From contig CDLV01000015.1 of the NCBI GenBank assembly GCA_001244265.2, forward strand, positions 992,001 to 1,056,000: a DNA stretch of 64,000 nucleotides, in the 5' to 3' direction. The DNA comes from Microbotryum violaceum (taxonomy: Eukaryota). Shown piece after piece: positions 34,400-47,280 of this stretch (position 1 is its first letter; each line of letters starts with the position of its first letter). The position numbers and the translations under genes were made by a program. The notes below the pieces were generated by a model. That model was given only the letters and a program-made list of their open reading frames with translations. It had not been told where the DNA came from and made no database searches.

Positions 34400-37001
34400 A
34401 TGATTGACCCGCAGTTCGCCGACAAAGGCTCCACTCACGCCGACGTGGGAGGTGCACATCCTCCCGGATCCTCGCCTACCCGGGGCCCCACCGAACAGGA
34501 TCGTTCCGGCTCACCTAACTCGACCCTGTCGTCGCCCGCATCTCGCCGATCACGTGGCTCCATAAAGGCAACTACTGCTCCATCGACAGGCTCACCGAAG
34601 GAGTGGTCCACAGACTCACCGATCCCGTCGCGGTCGCCGTCCCCACCGAAACCTCTGGCTTACTCATTTGCCGCACGACGGCCTTGGGTTTTACGAACAT
34701 GGATGTTCCCTACTAGCTCGGAGGACAACACTGGTTTCCGCGGCCATGAAATCAAATGGCCTCCGCTGGAGGACTTTTTTCTCGGCCCCGACGTTGACGC
34801 CCTGGCGGCGCGCCTCGGCGAGTCTGAGTCAACGATAATACAGCCGGCTCCCGTTATCGCGTGGCATTCAGGCGGACCTGTATGGGTGAGTGAACAATGC
34901 TTTGAGGCGCCGCCACTACATATATCTATCATTGGTATTGAGAATCACTCTGACGTGTCACAGGAGCCGCAAGGACGACTCGTCAAAACCCCTATCCGCC
35001 AGGATAGCGACCTGTACGATCCCGCCGAGAATCCCGATTTCGTCGTGCTCTCGCGCCAATCCTTCGGCGCCAATGCCGAGCTCGCTGCCGCTTGGGCTCA
35101 CGACCAAATTGACGATGGGGCAGATGTTCTTCGAGACTGGGAACAAGTCGCAGCGGTTGGCGTACTAGGTGGCATGAAGAAAAGCGACGACACCTCCGAA
35201 TACGAATGTGTATTCCCAGCCAGGCGATTGAAGCACCACCTGCGCATGCTCGCTGCCGAGTCACCGATCCGCTCCCACACGTTCGGCTTCACGCTCGACG
35301 GCTCGATCTTGACCCTCTACCTTCACACCCCATCTGGTCTGTTTTACTCGTCCGATATCGAATGCACCGAAGCGAATGGGCACCTGTCGACGTTCATCGA
35401 GCGCCTTCTCAGCTTGAACGATATTGATCTCGGCAAGATCGCCTCGCCTGGGGGACCCGACGGCCCACCTCTTCCATTCCCGATTGCTGCGCTGCCGCCG
35501 CGGGTGCCAGCCTTCACTCGTCATCACGCCGGTGTATCCGCAATGCGCTCTATCGAGATTGAAAAGACGGTTTTTTGCAGCGGCGAAATTCTCGGGTTGC
35601 AGACATCAGCTTCACGAGTTCAAGCGAGCCGTGACGGACTTGATGGTGACCGCGAGTACGCGATGACCGTCTCGTTTGTGGAAGAAGCGCGCTGCATCGA
35701 ACACGATCAGATCCGGCGGATGATTGCCTCGGCATTACCCCACGAGCGCGAAGGTCTCACAAATTTTGTGGATGTGCATCGACAACACTTCTCCCTTGTG
35801 CCCCACTTCCTCAAAGGCGATCTGGACGCCGAAAAATGCGCCGAAAAATGCGGGCTCAAGCCAAGGGCGATGGAGGTCACTTTTCAGGAGCGTTGCTTTG
35901 AGCCAATCTGGGCCGTCGACTCGCTTGAAGCGCTGACACGAGCAGTGCTGGGAGCGGTCAAAGGTTCGTTGCGATCCCGCCTGGGTCAAGGTTATCCCAC
36001 TTCTGGCGAAACTGATTCAATAAATTCCTCGGTGCAGGTCTGCGCAGTCTTTACCGAATGCGCATCCTGCATCGCGATGCCTCACCCGGCAATATTGTTG
36101 TCTAAGTGGTAGGCCATCGGTAACGAGGCGCGGCGCGCGCCCAGGGCTCGATTGGTTTTAAGGCAGTGGATTAAACTTAGTGTCTGAGTGGATTATATTC
36201 TTGCGCGTGGGCCTATGCCTTCGCAATGCGGACTCCCTTGTTTAGCTTTTCTTTAATCACTTGTTCCTCAACTATCGGTTCTGACACTGCTGCGTATCGT
36301 CCTACTGCTGCCACCTCTATAGGTGGTGCACTTTTACTTCAAATATCATGATGGGACTAGACGGTGAAGGTGTATTGATCGACTGCGATCTCGCCGTTCT
36401 CATGGACGGCCCTTTTGGAGAAGCTGCGCGTATGGAACGAGTTGTGAGGGAGGAGAAGGACTCCGCAATGCTTCGGTGCAAGTTCGCTGAACCAGAGCCC
36501 TCTCTTCACTCTTCCACAGGGCACATTTGCTTTCCGCGCAAGGTATCTCCTCGAAGAGAGTAGTCGTACACCCCTTCAGCCTTGGCACCAAATCGAGTCG
36601 CTCGTCTATGTCATTCTTTTCGTCGTTTTCATTCGGCCCAATGGGGGCGGCGACTTGAGTGGAATGGCCGAAGATGCCGAGGACGTTTGGAAGCTCTTGA
36701 ATATGGATGGGTGGGCCTATCTTTCCAAAGAGGGGCTTGTCCGACCCCCGGTGCATCGACAGGTACTTCTGAAACCTTATTTGGAACACTGGGGGGATTT
36801 ACCCGAACTTGTCGCGATAATCGCTAACCACTGTGGCCTCGGTTCATACGCTTACACCACGGCGAGGCGGGCGAGACATCATACCTTGAGGCGCGGTGGG
36901 GTTCAGGTGAGCTCTCTCATGATCAGCTTGTTGCAGATTTGGAAAAATTGCTTGAAAAGACTGTGCAGACGAAACAGGAAAAAATGCCCGTTATTGTGTA
37001 G
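34400..37001 (+). pseudogene. FunK1-like kinase copy 3, disrupted by a solo LTR and a late frameshift
   Basis: Clearly paralogous to copy 1; HRDASPGN|IMMGLDGEGVLIDCDLA is split by 36096-36341; frame change near 36860-36890 before WGSGELSHDQL. Confidence 0.85.
36096..36341. mobile_element. Solo LTR (246 bp, TG...CA) with 5-bp TSD AATAT
   Basis: AATAT at 36091-36095 and 36342-36346; excision restores the kinase reading frame. Confidence 0.9.
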
Positions 37002-37766
37002 GGTTCTTTGGGTTTGTGTGCCATCATTACATCATCATTTATCAACTCTCGTGTCACCTTCCGACCGACAAAATGACCAAAATAAATCAAAGATGGAAAG
37101 CTGATGTTTACAACCCATGGATTTCGCCGCTGCAAAACGCCATCTGTGCAACCTCGACCGACCCCATCGTAGGTATGCTTTGACCTTGTACCTCGTTCTG
37201 ACCCGCTCTCAATTAGAGGTGCTGGGCATGCAGTGAGGCTCATGAGCATCTGCACGGCCGCTGAGCGCAGATCATCCCTCTAGCCCTCGGCGGCGTCAAA
37301 AGCGCCCGTCGACAGCCAAGTGGCAGCCGCTGGGCGAGTATATTTTGGGGGTAGGGTTTGTCGTGTAGCAGCATGCGATGCTCGAAAGCCTGAAATTAAA
37401 GCTCACCGTACTTTAGTCGAGAATGTGACACATTTTTGGCTATGCAGTGCTACGGCCCGGTAACTTGAACTCTGTCAAACCGAAGACCATCCGGATCCAC
37501 TAATAGATCCGGTCCGCTCGACAGCGCTCGACAGGCGCGGCTTGACGCGGCTTGACCTCTTGGCTAAGTCGTCGCTTCGTCGCTGCATACTACATAGTCA
37601 CCACGGACATCCGTGATCCCAGATCAGCGTGCAGCCTCCTAATTTTGCTCACCTAGACCAGTCCAGTTTGTCAGAACACACTCATGTGAATCACGCCCAC
37701 GCGCGGCAGTCACGGCAAGTGCCAATTGCCATGTCTTGAATTCGAACATTGACGAGCCCATTGCCC

Positions 37767-39964
37767 ATGTACAGTACCCAAAAACTCCCTCTGCCTCCTC
37801 GCCATAGCGTGATGTCCCACGCTCAGCTCGGGGAGACCCGATGCAGTGATGAACAGCGACTCGCGCCCCTCGGCTGCTCTGCCAGTAGTACGAGTCAGCT
37901 TGTCAGTCGCGTGACTAGGCTCAGGTCTCTGGGCTTCTCAAGCGGCGAGAGCAATGACGGAGACCGCGAGATCGAATGGGCGGGATTGAAGGACTTTTTC
38001 CTCGCGCCGTTGACCGACGACATTGACACGACCGTCGTCCCAGAGATCGTGTGGGAAGACGGAAAGCCGACGTTGGTGAGTGCGCACAGGGCACATGATG
38101 ACCACCGGTCTCTGGTGAACGTGCCCGAGCTGAGTTTGACCACCGAGTGAACAGAAGAGTCGAGGTCGCTTGCTGAGCTTTCAAGAAGACAACAAGAACG
38201 ACCTGTACGACCCAGAAGCCTTGCCTGACGTGTTCCTTTTCACCCACGAAGTTATCAAGGCAAACCCAAACATCGAAGCTACGTGGACCTCCACCGATGA
38301 CGATCAGTGGGGTGGTCTTTGTAGCGGAACGCAGCTCGCTGCGGTTGCCGAGATTGGCATCCGCCCGATCGATGCTTCACCGCACTGCGACGTCGTCTAC
38401 CCCCAGGACCGTTTGAGACACTCCCTTTGCACGCTCGTCTCACACTCGTGTCGATCCCACGTGTTTGGCTTCGCCATGTACAAACATGAACTTAAAATCG
38501 TGCTGCATACTCCAAGTGGGCGTTTTTGCGCGCCCATCTTCAAGTGCACTGAAGCCAATGGACACCTTTCAACTTTCCTCGCAAGACTACTAAGCCTGAG
38601 CGATCGCGACCTCGGCATCATCACGTCTCTGTGCGAGGACGCGAAACCCACCTCGTTCCGCTTCCCTTCCTCGGATCTTCCCCCTAGACCCACTTCGTTC
38701 GATAAACGCCGAAGGGGAGATCCTCGGCTCGACACGATCCAGATTCTTGAGCCGCTTTACTGGTCGGACTCCATGTTCGGGCGTCGCACCTCGGCTTACC
38801 GCGTTTCCACCGGCGGCGAAGGGCTGCGCACACCGAGTACGCGATGACGGTCTCGTTTGTCGAAGAAGCTCGCTGCGACGAACACGATCGCATCCGTCTC
38901 GCCATCGCCAACGTCTCACCCGACGAGCGAAAAGGGCTCACTCATATCGTCGACGTGTATCGCGAAAGCGACTTTGTCGTGGTCCCTCGATTCCTCCCCA
39001 AGATGCTCGACGCCAAAGCGTGGGGTCTCAAACCGCGGGCGATGGAAGTGGTCTTTCATGAGCACTGCTTTGAACCGATCAGCGTCGTCGAATCGACCGA
39101 AGCATTGGCACAAGTTATGTTGGGTGCTGTTCACGGTATGTACTGAGCGTCCACAGGTTGTTCAACTAGGGGGAAGAGAGGGGGGTCTCTGTTCGAGCTT
39201 TCAGCTGATGGTGCTGTCAGTCATCTACTGCAGGCCTGCGCAGCCTTTACCGCCTCCGCATCCTTCATCGCGACGTGTCTGCAGCAAATGTCATGATCGC
39301 ATCCGACGGAAAAGGGGTCTTGATCGACTACGACACTGCGGTGTTCATGGATGGGCCGAAGGGGGAGGCCGAACGAAGGAAATCCGTGGTGAGCCTCCCT
39401 GCCGCGAGGCAAACTATGGCGCTTTGCCGGAAAGCGCCTTTCGCTGAGCGCTGATGGTCCATCCCACCTCGTTCTTGCAAGGGGACACTTTCATTTCGTG
39501 CGCGAGATCTGATGGATGAAGACCTCAAAAAAAAACCAATCCTTCACCAGCCCTGGCACGAAATTGAATCGCTTGTCTACGTGGCCATCTTTGTCGTGTT
39601 CATTCTACCTAAAGGAGCCAGCGATCCGGCGGAGATGTCGAACGCAGCAAGAGGGCTTTGGGAGCATTGGAAGGCGCCGATCACTGGCGTTCTGACGGGG
39701 AATGTTTTGTTGACGTCTACAGAGGCACTGCAAAGTCTGTTCGAACCCTACGTGGAGCATTGGAAGCACGTGCCCGAGCTCGTGGCGGCCCTAACTAAAT
39801 ATTGTGGTCTCGGTGTGCAACGCGCGTGGAACGAGCGGGTCGACGAAAGAGCCCCAGTCGAGCCTCGATGGGCCACGGGCGAGCTATCGCACGACCGACT
39901 GGCATCGGACTTGTATGCTCTGATTGAGAGGATTGTCCAGAATAACACGTCGGAGAGTGAATGA
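37767..39964 (+). pseudogene. FunK1-like kinase copy 4, more diverged, frameshift near 38830
   Basis: Same intron positions; ILHRDVSAANVM, LIDYDTA, GTLSFRA, HQPWHEIES; ORF 38170..38847 runs out of frame just before EYAMTVSF, which could also be a sequencing error. Confidence 0.75.
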
Positions 39965-40206
39965 GGGGCCACCGGCGCCAACTGCTGAAGGGCACGGGGA
40001 GGGGGAGAGAGCGCTTTGGTTTGTGTAGGATCTCTTGCATTCTCATTGTCTTACGACCCCTCTGCTCAGAGAGTTGACTACGCCGTATGGCCCGTGAGAG
40101 CTTGTTAAAGGTCGAGCTAGAATCGTATCCGGGTGACTGGCTGTTGCCCGCCGACTTCGGGCAACGTCCCCTGCGTTGCTTTGCCTGTGCGGTGGATCGT
40201 CTATGG

Positions 40207-40579
40207 TTTTAGAACCCTGAGGCCCGAGGCACGAGGTACGTAAGTAAGAGAGCCGAAGAAGATAGTAAAGATAGTTCGAGTATTGCAAGACTAAGTTCGA
40301 GTATTGCAAGACTAACCTGAGGCCCGAGGTACGAGGTACGTAAGTAAGAGAGCCGAAGAAGATAGTAAAGATAGTTCGAGTATTGCAAGACTAACCTGAG
40401 GCCCGAGGCACGAGGTACGTAAGTAAGAGAGCCGAAGAAGATAGTAAAGATAGTTGGAGAAGAGAGAGAAGCGCTAAGGGCGCGCGCACTTGGAAGGCTA
40501 GAGGCGCGCGCGCGGCTAATATCAACAACTAGATACTAAACTATTCTAAGTGGGATGAAACAGGAATACCCTTTTGACA
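40207..40579 (-). mobile_element. Solo LTR related to copia C, TSD TATGG, with internal tandem triplication
   Basis: TATGG at 40202-40206 and 40580-40584; three copies of CCTGAGGCCCGAGG(C/T)ACGAGGTACG...GATAGTT; homologous to 14544-14675 plus 17190-17258. Confidence 0.88.
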
Positions 40580-42749
40580 TATGGTCCCGCTCCGCGACTC
40601 CAGCCCTTTCGCGCGCTGATAGAAAGGGTCGTACATGCTGCGGCTCTACAACAGGGTTTGGGCCGAGATTCTGCTTCGACGAACCGTCTTCAACCCGACA
40701 AACTCGCTCCACGACAGCATCCCTTCCGTACCCGAGTCCGCACTGGAATGCTTGAAAGCGCCCATTGCGGCGTCAGAGACAGGGGGGACCGAAGGCGCGG
40801 CAGCTCCAGTGAAGTTGCTGCCCCGCCCCCAAAACGTGCTAGAGTAGCTCCAGCACTTGTCCCACTTTTTTACTCTGCAAAGTATCGTGAGGTGACCATC
40901 TTCACTCAACCCTTTGGAACCTAGCTTTCCACCGTTCTTGACGTCTACGCGAGCCCCATCGCCGACGCAGGCTGTGGTCGGAAAAGATAGCGAGAACTGT
41001 ACTAGGTCGCTTCCTTTCAATAACTTTGCTTGTCTCGCTACCCCATTGAGGACAAGACGCGTACTCTCGGCATAACTTTTCGCTTGGGGTACAAACTTGA
41101 TCGATCCTTGCAAGCCCAGGCACTGGCGCCGCTGATGTTGCCGGTCTGCGGGCGGGTGTTTTCGTGATCCTCGTCCCCAAATCCAGGCCTATGCCCATCG
41201 GCAGTTCAGTAATGAGGGAGCAAAGAGGTTCGGAATGAAATGTTTACAGGAAGATCAACACGTCGGAACACTCGCTACTTGCAACTACCGTTCATTCTGC
41301 TTAGCACCTAATCCTTGCTTCGAGCATCGCCACATGCAAAAGCTTCCCGAGCGACAAACCGCTAGCTTGCTCCCATTGTCCCCGGATGATCACATAGTTC
41401 GCCTTCAGCCACTTTTCTGGTTCCTTACCCGAATTGCTTGGAATTCCTCCCGATGGTCGCAGTATTCGCCTAGGTGGGTAAACTGTATTGGTAGATTCGT
41501 CCAAGCACTGGGGATATATCTCTTCGCAGGTTCCATCGGCCACTGGACAGGTTCAGATGATGTCTCGCATGTTGTTGGTTCCACTGGTTACAAATGCGTT
41601 TGGCTCTCTCGAATGTTCCGGGAGATTTGTCAGGTCCCCGGGGGGTACTACGTGAAGAGGATGCATGTAATGGAATGAATGAGGAAATCGGTATCGCACC
41701 AGAGTTGGTGAAAGGAAGTCGTGCCTTCCCGCTCGTCTTTGACCAGTTCCGACTCATGGAAGGAGACGCATCGCGGGCGAAGAGCACGAACTCGGGCATG
41801 GGTATGATGGGGTCATCGAGCTCGCACTCCGTCATCGTCTCCCAAAAAGTCTCAAGAAGCGAGCATTACTTTTCTGTGAAACACATCGTAAAGAACTAAG
41901 CTCAGCTCGTAAACAACAAGCATTTATCGTCCCAAATGCCGAAAAATCGATGCTGCTGTTCACCAATCTGACTGACCACGGTTGGATTATCGCGCTTTCA
42001 CCTCGATCACTCGCATTATTCCAATGTCGATGTTCGACTCCTTCCAATGGTGCGAGGAAATATTTCTCTGGACACGTTTATTCGATCTCGCTCGATTTGA
42101 TATCGCCTTTGGAATTGAGTGCCGCCCAAGGTTGTTTCCTGAAGCTCAATTTTTTTGTGTGCGGTTCATTGCCCTGGTTGGAGATATGAGGTCTTTGAAG
42201 AGGAAATGGCGAGGGATGTCTCGAGGTTGGGGTTAATGATGCTGTTGAATTAGAGATTAGGGAATCTTGCTGAGCCCGAGTCCGAGTCTGAGTCTGAGCT
42301 CGGGTCTGGATTGGAAGATGATTGCGTTCGGGCGGACCTTTTTTGCGTAGCGGTGCGACCGATGTCGAGGGGATCGTCGAGGTGGTAGGGAGTTGACACG
42401 TCAAATTTGATACCGTTATGGCTGCTGAAGTGCGCTGTATTCAACGTCGCGTCAAGCGTGATCGAAGATTATTGCGAGCGAAATTTAACCAAGAATAGAA
42501 TCTGGAGCTCTCAGAGTCGCACGAGCAGCGCGATGCTAATAGCCGCCGTGGGTACCCGAGGCTTTTGATTTGGGTCGGCGAGTACAGAGATAACTCGGAA
42601 TGGTCTCCTGTAGGTGATGTGCGGCATCAAGGAGGATACTAGTCATCCTCGTCGTAGGATTATATGCATGTTGTACACAACACCTTGTGGGCCCTTTGCC
42701 CCAACCTCGGCTCCCAACGCTCTCTCTCTTGAAAGCGTTCCGTTTTCGA

Positions 42750-43486
42750 TCACCTCAATTTCTTACTAAACCTCTCACCACCAATCCTCTTCTCATGTAG
42801 CGTCACGTAATCAACCCCCAATCGGAACTTGTCTTTCCCCCCTTTCAAACCCTTACTCCCTCCTACCCCCGATCCACCACCAGTGATCTTGCGATCAGCT
42901 TTTCGCGCGTCGTTCGAGATGGAATGTTGGGCTTTTTTGAGCTTGTCCGAGCACGAGGAGGTGGAGGGTTTGCGTTGTTTGGAGAGCGGAAACTCGGAAG
43001 ACCAATGCGAATGCGCTGTTGGGGTGTTGGTGGTGGTGGAAGTGGAAGTGAGGGAAGAGATGAGGTCCAGCGCTGTGCTTGAAGGTGCGCTGAGGTCCAA
43101 GTCCAAGTCCAAGTCGGGTTCGGTAAGGTCGTCTTTGATAGTGCTTGTTGAAGTGGTTGTTGTGCCTGTTCGTGGTCGTGGTGGGACAAGAGCGCCTTTC
43201 CGAGAAGTGTTGAACAAGGGAATCGAGGTGGAGGTGGAGGTGGAGGCGGTGGCGGTTGCGAGATCGGGAGAGAGGGAGCGTGGCCGTTGGGATCGGTTGA
43301 GGGTGGATATGGGCGCGTTCACTTGGCGAGAGAGCTTTTCGGCTTTGGTCTGGTAGGGATGGGGTGTGGTGAGTTGAGCAGGGAGGGATGATGATAAAGG
43401 TCAGCTCGAGTTCGGTTTCTCCAAGGGAATAGAAGCGGTGGTAAAGGACTGACTGGGCGCTTGGCCATCTTGGCTGATCGACCCAT
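42750..43486 (-). CDS. Small basic Ser/Thr-rich hypothetical protein; exons 43486-43454 and 43349-42750
   Basis: MGRSAKMAKRP, GTCAGT...CCAG intron, then TKAEKLSRQ in frame; Lys-rich C-terminus with GVDYV. Function unknown. Confidence 0.7.
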
Positions 43487-43811
43487 GGTGTGGAGGATAC
43501 GTGTTTCTTGTTTGAGGTGTGCGAGTGCTATGAACAAGGTGCAGCAGAGTCGTGGTCCGAGGCGAGAGCGCCGATCGCGAATCGAATGCTCTGCGAAATG
43601 GAAGCCAGTCACCGCAGTCACGCGCAACTCACTCCGCAACTCCGCAACTCACTCCGCGCAAGTCACTCACAGCAGCCAACTCACAGCCATTCGCAGCCAC
43701 TCACTCGCACGGACCGCCCGCGCCGATCGCAACCAATCCCAACCCGAGCCCGCGCGCGCCCACACTGCAAACTCCTTCGCTCAGCCTCATATACTGAAAC
43801 CCACGCCGACC

Positions 43812-45778
43812 ATGTCGTGCAGCCAACCCGACCCACTCGACGTCGACGAGACCGAACCTGAACGAGGTCAGTCCCGTAGGGTTTTACACGTGTTTGGTCG
43901 TTGATCGTCTGCTCTTTCCTTCCACCTTGCGCTGCCCCATCCGGCAATACCAACCACAGTAATAGCTTCCACATCGAACCTATCACCCCCCACGAACCCA
44001 ACCCAATGTCGTCGCTGTTCCCTTCGAGCGATAGCCTTTATCGCCGCCGGATCCTACTGCTCGTACGCCCCCATCTCCTCCCTTCCAACTCTCAACCCCT
44101 AACCTGAACCCAAATCCAAATCCAAATCCAAATCCAAATTCACTTCCGCAGAACATGTTTCGAAGCGTACCTCTACTCGAAATTTAAGCGTTCTGCGGAA
44201 GGAGTACGTTACTTTTCTCGTACGGGAACTTGGATGGATCATTCACCTTTGTCGGGTAGGCAACTTCAGCCGAGGAGAGAGGTGGGAGGAGGCGGAGGGG
44301 ATAGGCATATTCATGTTAGGAGTAGGGTTTTGTTGGGTATGAGTGGAGGGTTGGGGTCGAGGTGAGTTTGGGTAGAAAAGAGGTTGGGGTGCGGTCGCGT
44401 TCAAGTTGGGATCCTTATTCGGTTAGGACCCTTGGGCAGGGTTTTATTGGAGTTGCTCAAGGTTTGGTTTCCGATTCGGGAGACCTCATCGAAGGCACCA
44501 CCGGCTTTTGCGGGGCTGGTTGTGGTTCATGTCGAGATGGATACGGAGCACGGGCAGCCTGATCAAGAGGTGAGTGATTATTTGCGGGCGCGTCCGGCTT
44601 CGACGTCCATAAAGTGTTCGCAGCTGATCCGTGAGGTGATTCCCTTGCTCTCGGTACGCTCAGCAGAACGCATTCACTGAGGACTTGAAAACCCTCGTCG
44701 AGTCAATGGGGATCAAAGACGTCGAGTTCATCTCCATTCCTTTATCCGACATCTTTAAGGACTCCAGTACCCCAGATTCCACTTCAGAAACCGCTCTCGA
44801 GCGTCATCAAAAACTCGTTCAATTACTTCACCCAACACCTTCCCAAACCCCGAGCAAGACCAAAATCGATCATACATCCCTTGCATCACTTCAAAGATCT
44901 TTACTATTTACCCTCTTGAGGAGAAAGGCAAGAAAAGAGAAATGTGAGGTTTTGGTTACGGGTGAAGGGAGTGATCGAGTGGCAGAGTTGACGATCGAAG
45001 GGATGGCTTTGGGTAGGGGTTATTCGATTGGGGAGGAGGTTGGGGTCGAGTGGGAGGTTTTGGATAGGCAGCAGGAGCAGAAGCAGGAGCAGGCAAAGGG
45101 AAATGGCTTGTTGGTCGCTCGTCCGGTTTCGGGTATACTAAGAGCCGAGATGGAGGAATTTGTCAGAGTTAAGCGACTGGTCGTACCCCGACCCGGGGTC
45201 GACCGAGGGGAAGTTGCGAATGGGCGATCGACGATCCAAGCTGTCGTAACCAAGTTCGTGACCGACTTGCAAAAGGAATTTCCGAGTACGGTACAGACCG
45301 TTTTGGCTACGGTGCACAAGTTGGGAATGAGGAGTACGGATGCGAGGATGAGGATCGAGGAGGGGGAGACGGGGAGTGAGAGTTGGGAAGGGTGTGCGAT
45401 TTGCGGAGGGTTAGTGCTGGCGTGAGCTGAATTGAAGATTTGTGAAAGATACTGATTTTTTCTTTGGGAGTTTGCTTGTTCAGGCCTGTGCAAGAAGGGG
45501 CTCATCGGTGGCGAAAGGCGATCACCATGTCGGACTTGGTTGAAACCGACCATGCTTCAGCTACTCGATCGATAGAGGATGTCGAACCCCAGACGGTCAT
45601 CGGAATTAGCGAATCGAAATACGAAGAGTCAGCGAACTCTCTCGACACTTCGTTATGTTACGGCTGTCTTTTAATTCCAAAGGCAATTGCAAAGACCGAG
45701 GATCTGCCGAGTTACGTCGAACGACAGCGTCGGAGCAGGCGGAGGATGGATGATGTGATCAAAGAATTCCTGATCTAG
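43812..45778 (+). CDS. NCS2: Cytoplasmic tRNA 2-thiolation protein 2 (multi-exon)
   Basis: VLLGMSGG..S degenerate PP-loop, SDRVAELTIEGMALGRG, VARPVSGILRAEM, FVTDLQKEFPSTVQTVLATVHKL, CAICG and LCYGC; GT-AG introns. Confidence 0.88.
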
Positions 45779-46017
45779 GAGTAGATAATCTTTACGAATC
45801 CAAGACGGATTATGTAGTACGAATCAATCGGGCGTTGTGATTACGTTGCAAAGAAAGACAGATCAAGTAAAGAACATCCGAGACAGGTTTAGATGACCTA
45901 ATGACGAGTAGTAAAAAGACGAACAAGTGCACACATGGGAACTGATGGGGACACGACGAGAGTATATACACAGAACGCTGGATTCCCTTCCAAGCTCTTG
46001 AAGATTCCAAAACTTCG

Positions 46018-47280
46018 TTATTCGTACTTCAACGCCATCCTATTCCGCTTCGATGTTGGCTGGGCGTCAATTTCGTTTGGTCCGTTGACTTTATTACTCG
46101 GGTGCAACCGCCGGTTCTTCTTGGCTTCGAAATCCTCCCTCGTGATCCGTGTCCCGAGAAGCCAGTCAAAGTGGATGAAATAGGGTTGCGAAAAGTTGTA
46201 CTTGAGCCCTGCGATCTGGTGGTGCAAGTCGTGGTAATCCGCGTTGTTTGCAAAGAAGAGTTGGAAAGGATCAAAGGGGAGCGAATAGCCGCAGTGGTCA
46301 TCGACGGTCTTTGCTGTTGAGAGGGCAAAGAAGAGGATCGCTTGACGTGTTGTGAGGCCGACGACGTTCTCTGCGATGAGAGCTCCTAGCGAGTCGAGGA
46401 GAAAGCCTTCGAGCGGGTGATTGTAGAGCGCGCCAAAGGCGTAGGGGACGTAGAGGCGGTGGTGGATCGAGTGAACGTGACGGTACAAGAACTTGTTGGT
46501 GTGGAAGTAGCGATGCCACACGTATTGCCACCCGTCGAGCACGAAACTGTACAGCAAGGCAAGAGTGGGGTGATGGAAGTCAGTGAGATGGAATAGCCCA
46601 ATTTGAGACAGCAGGAGAGCGTTTACTCACGCAGCACAAACGAATTGGACGATCGGGACTCCCCACCAGTAGAGCCAATGCGCAGCATCGGCAATGATGG
46701 GTGATGTCGGCTTGACTGGTGATGACGACATCACGAGGAAACGCACGACGCGGGCCATACGTTCCGCATAGGTCGCGATCGAGGCTGCATGATCGCGGAA
46801 TGGTCCGTGCGTCGGGTCAAAGTCGGCGAGCCAGTACAGACCCAACGCGGTCTGCAACACCTGTTGTATCAGCACCGCGCGCAAGACCTGCACCTTGCCG
46901 ACGCGGTTCTTGGTCTTGGCCTCTTCCGGGTTGTGTATCCGGTACCGGTCAAACGAGCGCAGGTCGAGTGCGTCGATGAACATGAAGAGGGCCGACATGG
47001 CCCAGTAGACGACGAAGGGCGCTGCGACGGCCGCGACGCTATCCGAGATCGGCGACCACACGCGCTCCCGGTGAAGATGGTAGAAGGAGGCCGCATAAGG
47101 TGGGGTCGGATAGCTAACGTTGAGAGAAGGCGAGGCCGAGGACGAGGAGGGGGAAGCGAGTGGGCCGGAAGCGGCGAGGGCGAAGGCGCGGCCCGGCGAC
47201 GGAATCGGCGTGAACGAGGACGCGAGCGATGAGACCCAGTACGCGACCATGGTCGAGGTCGAGTTGGGCGTGCGGTTCAT
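46018..47280 (-). CDS. SUR2: Sphingolipid C4-hydroxylase (fatty acid hydroxylase superfamily), one intron about 46630-46551
   Basis: His boxes WQYVWHRYFH, HSIHHRLYVPYAFGALYNHPLEG, KTVDDHCGY, YHDLHHQ, YNFSQP. Confidence 0.92.

Noticed and set aside
40216-40455. CRISPR-like repeat-spacer appearance
   Set aside because: The intervening blocks are identical to each other, the host is eukaryotic, and the array lies within a TSD-bounded solo LTR.
40585-42450. Possible minus-strand gene or pseudogene
   Set aside because: Only short ORFs with no recognisable motif or consistent splice model; left uncalled.
44105-44140. (AATCCA)n microsatellite, plus poly-Q and (FDS)3 repeats in the Ecl1-like gene
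   Set aside because: Ordinary intronic or low-complexity repeats.
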